Part shown: piece after piece, positions 13,331 through 26,643 of the stretch
Layout: the number at the start of each line of letters is the position of its first letter
Numbering within the stretch: the first letter of the stretch is position 1
DNA from: Tubiluchus corallicola
Taxonomy: Eukaryota > Animalia > Priapulida
DNA length: 64,000 nt
Direction: 5' to 3'
Assembly (NCBI GenBank): GCA_030141605.1
Contig: JAQGDQ010000041.1
Coordinates: 124,001 to 188,000, forward strand
Program-made: the position numbers and the translations under genes
The notes under the pieces: generated by a model
The model's input: only the letters and a program-made list of their open reading frames with translations
What the model was told of the DNA's origin: nothing
Database searches by the model: none

Positions 13331-14073
13331 TTAAGAAATGATAACTTTATTGCACGATATGTTAATAATTTTTATCGTCGCTATTAAGAAATTCACAACA
13401 AAAACTAAACTAAAATGTCACAACACGGGTATATTTACAAAGGTGCTGCTGCATCACTGGTCAAATAGATAAAACAACATTATAACAGTGGTTAAGCTTT
13501 AAGAGTATTTAATTCTACGTGAAAACCTTTCTGATCCCTGCTTAACACAATATAGTCTGTGCCAATCTGATTAAGAATAAATGGTTTGAATGGTTGGTCT
13601 TCAAGCTAATAAAGATATAAGCTGAAATCAAAATAAAATTGAAGTTTAAGCTGTGAACAGAACGGGACAGCCATTTTAATTTGATTCGTGATGCTTAACA
13701 GAAATCATCTTCCTACCTATATATTTTTCTGCCTAGCTTCAGGATTTGATGGGATTATAATGGTACAATCGAGCTTAGCTCGTTGATAAAACACTTGTGA
13801 AATTTGGTAATCGTGTGTTATAATAGCGGACGATTAGGAAATGTTTATTTAAAAAGTTGAGTTCAGTTTAACAAACGTTTTCTCACTTTTCTGTTATTGA
13901 ACGCACAGAGTCTTAAACACGAAATCTAAGGAGTTAAATTGTGGATTTCAAAGAGTTCAAAACTGCTGACACAATTGTGTAGTGTCTAAAATTTTTCATG
14001 TACATATAAAATTTAATTGTACACTGCGCTACACTGTACTTTGAAAACAAACGACTTAGCAAACTGCTGAGTC

Positions 14074-14116
14074 AAAGAAAGAAAGAAAAAAAGAAAGAAA
14101 GAAGGAAAGAAAGAAA

Positions 14117-14206
<90 letters not shown>

Positions 14207-14465
14207 ATGAATGAATGAATGAATGAATGAATGAATGAATGAATGAATCAATGAATGAATGATTGAATGAATGAATGAATGAATGAATGAATGAATGAAT
14301 GAATGAAATGAATGAATGAATGAATGAATGAATGAATGAATGAATGAATGAATGAATGAATGAATGAATGAATGAATGAATGAATGAATGAACGAACGAA
14401 CGAACGAACGAACGAACGAACGAACGAACGAACGAACGAACGAACGAACGAACGAACGAATGAAT
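14074..14465. repeat. (GAAA)n-(GAAT)n-(GAAC)n compound microsatellite
   Basis: Direct reading. Confidence 0.95.
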
Positions 14466-16026
14466 GGATAAATGACAGGCAGACAGACAGACAAACATAA
14501 AAACAGACAAAAGATAAACAGATGGACGAAAGAAAGAGAAAATAAAGAAAGAAAAGAAAGGAAAGAAACAAAAAATGAAGGTAGCAAACGGAAAGACGAA
14601 AGAGTGACGAAACTGAAAAACAAAACACTAACTATCACAGAAATAAATTAAAAACTACTTTAGTAAATAAAATATTGTTATAAGACTGTAGAATCAAACA
14701 TCGAAATAATGGCGCACGCGCACCCTACAAATATAGAAGCGAGTTAATTTTATCGAGCACTAACTAACAATTGATGAATAAACAATAGCACGACTGAAAT
14801 ACATAAGCAAATAGATGACAAAAATGACATTATAATTCGATCAAAAGCAGCAACATATTTACCTGTTTACACTATTTACAAATTTTAGTTTCAACAATCG
14901 TGTCAATTGAAAATTTGCATATAAAAAGGTATTCAAATGTTCACGAGATTTTGAATTATGTTGTTGCATTACATGATTAATACAACCTGCTTTCTATTTA
15001 CATGCATCTACATTTAGAGACTACATGGCTGTTTATAGATCCACATTAATTATGAATAATCAATCTTTAATGAGAAAAACACAGGCAAAAAGACGAACGA
15101 ATGAGCGTGCAGCATCAATGGACAGGTGTGTTTACATCTTCATCCGTATTTCGTGAGGGAATATGTTTACCTGTCGTGCAGACTGGACGCTGATAATTGC
15201 TTTTACTCGTGTTGAAAAAAACATTCTATTAACCACACGAAACAGACGGATTTAAAATACTGTACTGACTATACTAAAATATGATTTTAGTATGAATTCT
15301 CTTGGCTTTTTTTGCTGTGTTGATTAACAGCATAATGCCTGCATTCTGTATTGTAGTTTTAACTAAATTCTGCTTTACGTTTCTATAGAAACTCTCGGAT
15401 GTTCTAAAACAATTACTGCAAAAACATTGTTAAAAAGAACAAGCAATTTTTTGTACTTTACTTATTAAATTAAATATATAGCTACTTTGGTTATTAGGTT
15501 TCACCTGGTTGATTGCATTTAACCGGTTTTAACTATGTTTAAATAATTTCACCTTGATTGGGTATTTTCGCTTTTGCTCTGAATATAGTAGGGGAGTAAA
15601 GTTTAAATTCTCTGATTATAATTTTGTAATCATGAAATGCATTTATATGTTTGTATAAATTTAGCAGCTATAAAAACAACAGAAAACATTTATATTTATA
15701 CTAAATTAAATTATTGTGTGTGAGGAACATTTCTCTCTTTATGACTAAAAACTCCGAAACGTTTCATTTCATAATGTATAGCCCCTACATGTGGTTTATG
15801 ATAACGCACAGCAAGATATAATTGACGTGATCAGCATGAAATTTCAGCATTGCATGGTATGGTAATTGCACTAGAATCTACAGGGTAAAAGATATAGTCT
15901 ATTTTGAAGTACAATAATTATTACGAAAGTATCTATACATTTACATTAATCAACAATTACACATGCACTGTGAAATTGTATAAATAATTATTTCATTATT
16001 TACAAATGCAAAGTTCTCAGACCATC

Positions 16027-16311
16027 TTATTTCACCTGGGAACCAAGTGGTATTTCTAAATCTGCCGAATCAGATTCGTCATCGTTTTCGGTGACGTCAA
16101 TATGACTGTCAGCCAATAGGCGTCCGTCCATTAAACGCGAGTTAACTGCGGCTTCTTCTACTTGATGGTGGTGGTGCGTTGGTCGATCGTAGCGATCCTG
16201 GTGGTGGTGATTTCGTCCAGAACATGTCCTCAAGCACCTGCACTTCTCACGCGCGTCACCTTGACCTTCCTTTTTGTACTTAACCCGACGGTTTTGAAAC
16301 CAGATTTTTAC
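16027..16311 (-). CDS. Gsx: Gsx exon 3 (helix 3 and C-terminus)
   Basis: Acceptor TTTCAG|GTA; encodes [31 protein letters not shown]... to TAA. Confidence 0.95.
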   Translation of the reverse strand, partial: VKIWFQNRRVKYKKEGQGDAREKCRCLRTCSGRNHHHQDRYDRPTHHHHQVEEAAVNSRLMDGRLLADSHIDVTENDDESDSADLEIPLGSQVK

Positions 16312-19300
16312 CTGAAATTATTTTGTTAGTTATTTTTTGATCAGTGATAGGCAGGCTATGTTACTAACCAATGTATCTCAAAATCACAAGAAAGAATGTA
16401 GCAGGTGTATTAATAAATAAAATATCTGACATCCCAGTAGCCCACAGACTAGTAATAAGATTTAATGTCTAATCTAATATCATAATGTGTGTAGTGTGGT
16501 GTGGCGTGGCGTGGCGTGGCGTGGCATAGTGTGGCGTGGCGTGGTATGGTGTAGAGTGGAATCTGATGTATTTGAGTTTAAGAAATTTCGAGGCTGCTCC
16601 AGGCACTGGCTTCACCCGCCATTCTAATGTCTAATGTTATAATGTGGGTAGTGTGGTGTGGGTGATGTGGTGGGCTGGTATGGTGTGGTGTGGTGTGGTG
16701 TGGTATGGTATGGGTGGTGTTGGTGTAGTGTGGTGGGTGTGGTATGTTGTTGGTGGTGTGGTGCAGTATGGTATGAGTGGTGTGGTCTAGCGAGGGTGGT
16801 GTTGTGAGTGGTATGGCAGGTTGGTGTGGAGTGATGTGGTGTGTTGTGAATGGTGTGGCGAGTGGGTGTGGTGTGCTGTGGGTTGTTGTTGTGAGTTTAC
16901 GTGCAAAATTCTTTTTGCGGGGTTTGGCTAGGTAATCATTAATGTCAACTAGCTCTTCTTGTGGACAAAAAATAATAAAAATCGCTCAGACAACGATAGG
17001 TTTACATTTACATATCTACATAGTGAATTAAAAACACTAGTTGTTAATAACTTCAGAAATGCTTCTTAATGAACTTTCGCTCATTAAGGCTAATTATCTC
17101 TTCTTGTGAGCAAAAACTGACAAAAACGGCTACCAAAAAATAAAAATGGCCACCATGCAAAAAATCAATGTTTACACTATTCAGAATAGGTCTACCAATG
17201 GAACATAGGATACAGCATAAAAGTGTCAATGGATTAAAAATACTAATGTTTATAATTATCATAAAATTATCGAAATTTCATTCACATAAAGAAAATTATG
17301 GAAAAAGTAACAGTTTTTACTTAAATATAGTGATGTTTCTCTTATTTAATTTTCAAATTCAACAATATAGCAAAAAATTAAGTTAAATTAAGATTACAAA
17401 TCGAATCCTTTGAAGAAAAAAACTGGAAAACATTAAATGATGGTCGAGCCCTGACTTTAAAGCGTTCAAGATTTAATAGAAAAGTTGTTAATTTATAATA
17501 AAAAACTTTTTCTGCAAATCACGAACGCGTACCTGTTTTTCAGAAAGATTTAAATAAGTTGCTATTTCAATTCGCCTCAGCCTAGAAAGGTACATGTTTG
17601 AATTGAACTCTCTTTCAAGTTCAAGGAGTTGTGTACTAGTGAAAGCTGTTCGTATTCGCTTACTGCTGTGAAGATCATCTCCAGGACTAGACTGGCTAAC
17701 GCCTGAAAAACACCCAGTCGTCATTATAAATAAGCAATGTTAATGCTAGTATCTTTCATGCAGTTATTACTATTTAGCAAAAGAGCCTGAATAATAGCAG
17801 AAAAGTGTTTTGCTGTGAAGACATTGCAGCTCGGAATGATTAGTGCCAATATCTTAAAAAGACATCTATATATGCGTTACAAAAAGCAGCTGCAGTAGTT
17901 TTTTTCCATTGATAAGTATTATATATAACCGGTGGGCACAAATAGTAAACCATTTTAAATAATTCATTAAAAATTTACTTCTCTTTGCATTCGAATAGAA
18001 CTTTTTGGCATGAAAATAGACGCATGCTTTGTGAATAGTACTAAGTGCTAAAAATGAAAAATTTGGAGATTTTATCACGGTTTAAAGTGATCCTAATTTT
18101 CCTAAAAAAACCAAAACTATAATTTGTCTTAAGTTTTGTTTTTACTTACATTAAAAAACTACTCAATTTTTTCCTGACACTTCAGTTTCTTTTCTCAGTT
18201 GAGGCCTAAATTGTTCAACACTTTTACTAATAATACAGTCCTGTAACATACTAATATCAGATACAATAAAGACAATACAATCATACTAGTGCCCGATTTT
18301 CCCATTTTTATGTCCTGGATGACGGTATTAATCATAAAATCCTTAATTTTGCATTTTATAGCAAAAAACAGTGAGTAGGTGCTAAAATGTTTCTAGTTAC
18401 TGTGCTAAACTTATATACAAGCTGGAGAAAAGTTAAAAAGAGATTGCAAAGAGCATTATGCTAATTTGTAATTTGTAAACCTATTAATAATTAGTTTTAT
18501 TACTTGTGTATCTCTCTCGGTGAAGCTATCGCGTCTTTAATTTTGTCAACAAATTTTACTGCAGCTACCAATTAAAAACCATGTGAAAAATTAATGTTCA
18601 CTCCATGACTTCATAATTTCATGTATTTATCGTCAACGCCATCATCATCATCATCTTCACTGGTTGCATTTACGTCTAATTTAGGCCAGTTTTCAATAAA
18701 AATAAAATAGGTACTATAATTAGATTAATTTAACTGCATTTATCTTCTTTCTTCTTATGAGCTGCACGCGTGTAACAGCTGTAGTGTTAAAGAACAATCA
18801 GAACAAAATAACGAGTCGGTTGGTTAATTAATATATTTGAAGAGATGAGTTTGAGACATGGTGAAGCCGACAGGTTTGACTACACGCGTCACGTGTCCGA
18901 CACGTGCGTAGAGGGTGGCGCTAAAATAGCAGGATTCAAACTCAAACAAATAAGGTAATTATTCTAACAGAATACGTATGTTCAACACATTAGCCTTCGT
19001 CTGTTAAAAATATTCTTAAATTATAATTTTGCAATTTTTGTAAAAAAAATGCTATTATTTCTGTGCTGCTTCGAAGCAGTCTCATGATTAAAAATTAACT
19101 TTCTTAGAGATTATTTCTTAACGCGATTTCCCAATGAAATGTGGACTGACACGTGCCGTTTACTACATCAGACTTCATAATTAACTCTGTGAAATGAATG
19201 TTAATACTAATTACATTAAGAGCGCTTGTACTTTTAAGAGCTTGAATAGTATAAGAACAATAGATAGATAGATAATAAGAGTTTGAAGTAGAACGAAGGA

Positions 19301-21922
19301 AAAATATTAAGCGAGGATGCAAGTTAGGAAAAAACGAATTGTGATCGAAAGAGAAAAACGATCCTAATAATACAATAGAAGAATTCTAATATTTAACATA
19401 ATTGCAGATAAAGGTTTAATTTTTAATTAGAAAATGATTTAAAGTTTTATAACGCAAGAAGTTCAGAAATACAACATTCATGTATCGATAATAGCATTCC
19501 TGTAATTATTTTTCTCGTGCATGTAATTTCTTCTTGTTGGTGTAGTTTTGTGTTTTTTTGTAATTATTATTTCGATTTTATAAGTAATTTATCCAAGTGT
19601 AAATGTAGTTTATAATAATTAATAATTTTTAATGTTAATGAGTTAATTTATTTAAAGCAGACATATTTATTTGCTTACTTGTTTGTTTGTTCATCCATTT
19701 ACCCTGCATTTATTCATTCATCCATTCCTTCTTTTATATGTTTATTCAATCAATTACTCATTCCATCCTGTTCAATCACGACAGAGTTCGTTTTTCACAA
19801 ATAACAACAAAAATTTTCAGAATTTAATGATTTAAATACTAGTAAATTATTTTGTAAAAAAAACAAAATTTTGGATACAAAAACACGAGTCACTGTATAA
19901 ATAACAAAATTTCTAAAATCGTTACTACTTTTGCTAGTCAGCATAGAACTACAAGGAGGCGTTTAATGTATTTCCGTTCCCAGCAGGCAATTTTATTTCT
20001 GCGTAAAATGAGGCAAACAAAAATAAATTTTGGACACTGAACAAATCGCCAATTTTCTTTCTTCTTCCGCATTATATTTTAAAATAATAATCCTCTATCA
20101 AAATTTGACAATTTGTTTAAAATTCCACAGAAATATGCTCCCTACATCCGTAAACAAACTCTTACAAACAACAACAATAATCCGACAAACACACTACGGA
20201 CTTATTTGATTCACATGTGTACACACCTGATGAACCAAGTCCTTCATAATCTCATTTATTTCCTATAACTATCTTGTTAGGTACGATAATATGTGTTTAC
20301 TGCATCAATACAGAGACAGGAAGGTAGGTCTTGTATACCACTCAACTTAGTGGTGACCATTTGTGTGTTAGCAGGTAAATGATGTGAAGGAGAGCACACA
20401 GATTTCCTTTACCATTGTATGGCTGGTCAAAGTACAATGGTCTGATTACAATCGTTCCCGGTTTTACCACGCGCCAAACTGGTATAGCAAATTGAAGGAT
20501 GAACAAAATACTCAAGGCTGAAGTAGATGTTTGAAATTGAGCAGCTATTATAAGCACAATATCGATTTTATCTGAACTTGTGACAAATTAAAACCATATA
20601 TCCACCTCCCTATACCACCCACCAGTTTTTCCAAAATGCTTATATACATCAGTTTAAGTCAACATTCCTCTGATTTGTTTTTATTGCTAAAAATTTCTAC
20701 TGAAACAGAACAAGCATAGTTTTTAATGATAATGATAATTTACACTCTAATATTTTCATTTATTAGTTAAACAATTGAGATGCATTCAATGCTCGTATAT
20801 AAGAAACTTGATTTTGCAGTACCTGTACCTTAATTGTAGTAAGGATGAAAACATGATAAGTTGATAACACGAAAAAAACATGAATGCTTAAGAATCCATC
20901 AGCTAAAAATTTTGGAATTACAACTGTAAGAGAACTATCGTAAAAATTATAATATAAAAATTCACGGGCTTTCAGATACAACTGCATTGTTGATGCTTGC
21001 AACACTTGTAAGGAATTTTCTTATAATCTTTACACACAACGATTTTAAGAATATTCTTCCAATTTTGGAAACAAGCCAACTTTCATTGGTAAGTCCCAAC
21101 AAGTGAATACCTCAGTCCCAACGTCATTCCACGGTCAAGTTCTGTCAATAATGCTAAAATAGTCCACATAGTATTCTTTCTCATTAAATTTAAAAACACC
21201 TACGTGTTTATATATTATATCTATGCCTGAGGATCAACAGCTATATTACTAGTGCACCTATTTCAATGCTTAATCAACACTTGTGTATATGTTTACATTT
21301 GTGCACAAGTGTTTAAAGTTGCTTCAGTTCTATTGTGCTTACAAGTGGTGCTGTATTATTAAACCAAATTCACCCATGGGTTTTTCACTCAACCACTCAC
21401 CCCCTCAGCCAGTCGCTTATAGCTATAACATGACGCATTCATAACAACATGTACGATATTATTAATATTATCTAATTCGTTAATAATTCGGGCACATAAC
21501 ATAATTTTGCTGCTAGATCGTCATTGCACTATTGAAAGAAAACGTACGCCTAGAATGTAGTACGCGTATTTGTTATTGTTGGTTAATTTATTTTCGTAAA
21601 ATTGGATTACATTTTCTGGCTAAAATGAACGAATCGAAGTATAAAGATAGCGCTTTAACGAATCTTCATAATATTTTGGCATTAAAAAAGTGAATTGTAT
21701 TTAGGATTCTAGGAAAGATTAAACGATGTAAACGCTATAAAGCGCACAAAACCTTATAAAACAAAAATTTAAATTAAATTTATGTTCATTAAATTTATAT
21801 TCATGAAGACACAATCGTTCGAGACTTCATCAAGTTATTAATGACGATGCTTGAAAATTCACTCTAAATTAAAGGTCGACAAGTTTTTTCAATAAGTAAT
21901 GATATACAATATATATATATAA

Positions 21923-21968
<46 letters not shown>

Positions 21969-22788
21969 GCGTGTGCGCGTGCGCGTGCGTGTGCGTGCGT
22001 ATGCGTGCGTGTGTGCGTGTAAATATGTAAAACAAGTAAAAATAAATAAGTATATATGTAAAACATATAAAGAATGTATGGTATATAATTTCTGAATGGA
22101 AAACTACAACTGTATTGAATAACTGCAGCAACTAGTTAATAGTGAAATTTGTAACATTCTCGGAGCTTGAATATAAACTTAGACCACTGGGATCCAAATC
22201 CTACCTGACTCATTCCGATTTTTTTTATTTTGATTCTTCTGATATTTGGTCTTTAAATTTAATACAACTGTAGAATTGTACCGTTATTGATTTGTAGTAA
22301 AACGTTAAGTGTTTGCTTAATTAATTAGAATTCTGTTGAAGTGTTTTACCTGTTAATTGACTTATATATTGCATTCGGCGCGGATCCATGATTCGAAAAC
22401 TCGGTGGTGAAGGGGTGTCCGACGTTCGATTAGCTATCAATGGTGTCGATGTCGGGATTCCAAGTAAAGATCTTCTCTGATCTGGGAACTGTACTGCTGA
22501 CGTCATGTCAGACGCGATTCCTCCTGCTGTCTTTAAATTAAGATGTGTTGAAGTGGGAAGAGGCCCCATGGGCAATCGGACGCATAGCGGACAGCACATT
22601 CCTGCCAAAATATCAGTGGCTTTGCGAGGAAATCCGTGCATAGGATGGAGCTGCTCGTGGAGCTGTTGCACAGTACTTTGTGACGTCATCACTGGGTCAC
22701 AGCTTGGCTTTTCTTGGGTCTGAGTATTCGCCGGTAGCTGCGGTTTTTGTTTAAAAATCAATGAATCCACGAAAAACGATCGAGACAT
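16027..22788 (-). CDS. Gsx: Gsx (GS homeobox / ind ortholog), 3 coding exons, 297 aa
   Basis: Exons are 22350-22788, 17533-17702 and 16027-16311, all GT-AG and frame-consistent (894 nt). The N-terminus [11 protein letters not shown] is a SNAG/eh1 motif. The homeodomain [44 protein letters not shown]|[14 protein letters not shown] is Gsx-diagnostic. Confidence 0.96.
16425..16931 (+). mobile_element. Non-autonomous Helitron-like element with GTGTG repeat (copy B, in Gsx intron 2)
   Basis: A|TC start, GTGTG array, hairpin GCAAAA-TTCT-TTTTGC, then CTAG; homologous to copy A at both ends. Confidence 0.6.
17533..17702 (-). CDS. Gsx: Gsx exon 2 (homeodomain residues 1-44)
   Basis: Acceptor TTTTCAG|GC and donor CAG|GTACGC; encodes [11 protein letters not shown]...EKQ. 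Confidence 0.95.
21909..22019. repeat. (AT)n-(GT)n-(GC/GT)n alternating purine-pyrimidine tract
   Basis: Direct reading. Confidence 0.9.
22350..22788 (-). CDS. Gsx: Gsx exon 1
   Basis: ATG at 22788, SNAG motif, CCPLC motif, phase-1 donor ACAG|GTAAAA. Confidence 0.92.
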
Positions 22789-22959
22789 TTTCAGTTTAGT
22801 TTATTCCGCTACAAAGTCACAGGCGGCACAGTTCAAACATGAAGCACAGGTTAATTTACCTAAGAACAAGTTTTACACCTGAGAACGTTCTACCTGTGCG
22901 GGAAGCAAATTTGCTCTGCAGACGCGTTACCTGCGGATGCTACGAGCACCGTCTTTACA

Positions 22960-23150
22960 TTGCCCGACCCTCCATTGTGCTCTCAACGCCGCTAGAGGAG
23001 GCGGGGCTGTCACGCGACCACCGCTAATTGACTAGAGAAGGGGGAGGGACGTCAACTTTGACGTTCCTCCTCCGCTAAGCTAATGAAGAGGAATTAGCTC
23101 GAGGCTTCTCTTCCACACGCGTGTCCTCAAACTCCGCCCGTGCTAACAAG
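22960..23150 (-). promoter_or_regulatory. Gsx proximal promoter candidate
   Basis: GC/CpG-rich patch 200-350 bp upstream of the ATG, with a GC box (GAGGCGGGGC), TAAT homeodomain cores (CTAATTG, CTAATG, AATTAG) and an inverted ACGTCAA..TTGACGT element. Confidence 0.5.
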
Positions 23151-25748
23151 CAACATTTACAGCAAATTACGGGCGACATTATAGAAAATTAAATAGACAA
23201 CAATTTAACCACGCGAACGGAAATGGTAAATAATAAAAATCTGTTCTATTCGCTATGAGCGTTGTATTTAGGTGAATCACACAGCTGCTGTGTGTAATTA
23301 AATGTATAATTAAATAATTAAATAATGGTATTTAGAATAACTATGTAGCTTAATTATTTTGATTTACTTGGTTACAAAGAGTATAATAGAGGACGACTAT
23401 ATAGGAATTTCCAAATATTTTACGTCTTTGAAACTACTCCCGTGGTCCTTACGCACTAGTCATTGTAAGATTTCGCAAAGTGTAAGTAACACGTCAAGAT
23501 ATATAATTCTCCACTCCCCCACTAGCAGTCAATTTATTAGATAAATAGATTCCGTAAACTTTTAACAGCTAATTAATTCTAAAATCTAGAATGGCGAATG
23601 CGTTTTCTCTTTATGGTTTGAAAACGCTTGAAAGCGAATTTCAGAACTTCTTTTTCTCAACTTCTTACATCCAAAAATGTAAAGGTGTACGCGTACTTTA
23701 TAACTTTTATGGTGAAGAAAGTTTGTGTGAATGTGATGTAATTATATAATTAACTAATTACAATTGATGTCAAAAAGGGTTCATATTAACGGTCATACCT
23801 AAAACTTTCGTTGGTGATATAGCTTACTAACTCAAGATTTCAGATTCAAGTCCTGCTTGAAAGTACATATTCATTCTTTTATGTAAACAAAAAATATAAT
23901 TTGCTGCCTTCTTGCAGCTGATATAAATAGAGGCTCGTATAACATGGCATTCTTAATTACAATGGTTACGCTGGATTGAAGAGTAAAATGACATATAATA
24001 GTAATTTGTTATAAATGATACTTAGTTATAATATTATATAAAGCTACTGATAATGATACTGAAGACAATAATTATGATTACGATGGAGATAACGCAAACT
24101 AAAGGTACAACACATTGAGAGTACTATTGCCGGTTACTCTGTAATGCGTAGTTTTTTTTTCACTTTCGTAACTTTACTCTATTCTAAATATACTTCCGCG
24201 TTCGATCTATTACGTCCTTTATTTTGTATCCCATAAGCTAATCAGCTGTAATTTTGATACATTTTTTGTTTTTGATTTTTTGATTCAATACGCTGCATAT
24301 AATATTTCTAACTTACGGCAGCATTATTTTAAATGTGTCTAGCTCTGTGTGTGAGCGTATATATAAATTTAGCCCTATTATTATATATTGACAGCAACCC
24401 AGTCCATTATTAACGCCTTTTATTCAGTTCGTAATACAGTTTAGTAGGGGGCTGAACGCACACATAACTGGCAAACGTTTAAACAGATCGACTGAAACTG
24501 TAGCGGTGGGTTCCGATGTTAAACGTAAGTTTCGAAACCGTTTCATTTTACAGCAGCTGCCCGCGCGGCACACACGATGATTTTTTTAAAGCCTAACGAA
24601 TAATTTTTATTGATTTCCGTAAAATGGCAAATTAGTAGACTTGTTGGCCTTTATTATTTAACAACTGTAATATTTTTAACATTTTAATACTTTTAATAAA
24701 ATAGAGCATTTTGGTAATGAGTCCGGTTCTATTGCGAACATTTGTATTAAATAAGGTTTTTCATTTGAGTGATATTTACACATCTTAGCTCGCACACTGT
24801 AATGACTGTATTAAAAAACTCCCGTATCAAAACAATGTTGAAAAAAAATTAATTCACATTACCAATGCAAAATTAGAAAAGGGGAATCGATAACACCATT
24901 CTTCCTAAAACGTAAAGATACTATCTGTGGTTTATTACAGCTAAAATTATAATGATTAAGTTTCCATTTTTAAACATTTTTCAGCAAATGCATTATATGT
25001 GGCAGTTTATTCAGCGGAATAGCTATATTCATTTATAAAAGATAGTTATTTTGTGGTTCACAATAAGTAATTTTATGCATGAGGAAAAATATTTATAGGC
25101 CTATATATTTAATAAATTTATTTATAATGCCAGGTTTTTGTAACTTACTACAAACATTATGATGCTATCTATTCGCAACAATAGATGTGCAGTGAAAACT
25201 GGCATATATTTTATATAGTTTCTCTTTATATAGTTTTCTCTTTCTTTGCAACAGTTATTATGACGCTTAATGCAATTTCACTTATATTGATTATTAATTC
25301 ATTTTATTTAATTACGTCTATAATAACTGCATCTGTATCTACATATATATGTTGCTAACTGTAAAATATTCCAATACATACATGACTTTATATTACGTAC
25401 TAAACGCTTCTAATAGTTTCTATCTGATATGAAATGCATCAGTCTTAAATATTCGTACATTGATATTTTCTAACCGTCATTTTGTACTAATGTCTAATGT
25501 AATCTTGTAGTAAAACTTGTCAGCTTATGTAGTTATAGTCTATTCTTACTGTAAATGTTTTTGTAAATAGTGTGTATAGACTGTTGTGGTGAGGATCCTA
25601 AATCATGTTGTTCAAACTGTCTGATCCAATCCTAAAATAAATTATGTTTAAACTAAACTAACATATTTCTAACTCTTTTAAATTTTCATATTTAGACCTA
25701 CTACTCGTTACCTTAACATATTGTAAAAACAGTGTCGACGTTTTATTT

Positions 25749-25755
<7 letters not shown>

Positions 25756-25809
<54 letters not shown>
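25756..25809. repeat. (CT)n microsatellite
   Basis: Direct reading. Confidence 0.95.
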
Positions 25810-25812
<3 letters not shown>

Positions 25813-26552
25813 ACAAATAGTTCAATTGATTACGTATAGTTCAACAGAACTTAAAAAGTCACTTGTAAACCTTTTAGACAATTTTGCTAAGAGTTCACTT
25901 CGTCTCTGCATGATAAACTAACCATTAAAACTCTTTAATTGTTACAAAGTTTGCAATGAGTGGTACACAAGTCCTGAATAAACACATTTATTTATTTATA
26001 ACTCATATACTCTTTGATTTCTTTATTCATTCACCCATCTATTCGTTTAACCATTTGTGTTTTTCTTTATTTATCTTTTAGTATATTTGTAAGTTCATAT
26101 ATTTATTCATGTTTTCTCCAATTGAATTGAAATATGTTGTCCATTAGTCGTCATAATCACGTGCTTATTAAAAAAACTTATTCTGTTGATTAGGTCAGTT
26201 ATAAATACATTACAGCTTACACGCTTTTAATATTATAAAAAGTCTACAAGTTCAAGTTCATACTTCGGATCATAATCGTTGTCGCATGTTGGTACATTCG
26301 ACACGCTAATATCTCACCTGCCCTCTCGCAATATGCCACAACATCTTTTCTCTAGCTCCTCGAACAACTTTCTATTTTACTTACAATGTGCGGTTTTTAA
26401 ATATACGCGAGTCTTTTGTTGACGGTGAAGATGAAAAATATTTAGACAACTAGTCAAGTGAGTCTACAAACAGCATCCATGTTTCACCTGCCTTACCAAA
26501 TAACTGCGTGGCATATCTAGAGTTGAATTTAGGGGGTTAGCATGTCTCACGC

Positions 26553-26643
26553 TGATTAGTTATACAGTATAACTAATCATTGTATAACACCCTGAAAAAG
26601 CTTAGTTTTGAAGTGTAAAATTCTTCGAAACTAAGCTTTTTCA
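26553..26643. repeat. Two adjacent inverted repeats
   Basis: TGATTAGTTATAC-A-GTATAACTAATCA and TGAAAAAGCTTAGTTTTGAAG-9nt-CTTCGAAACTAAGCTTTTTCA. Confidence 0.9.
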
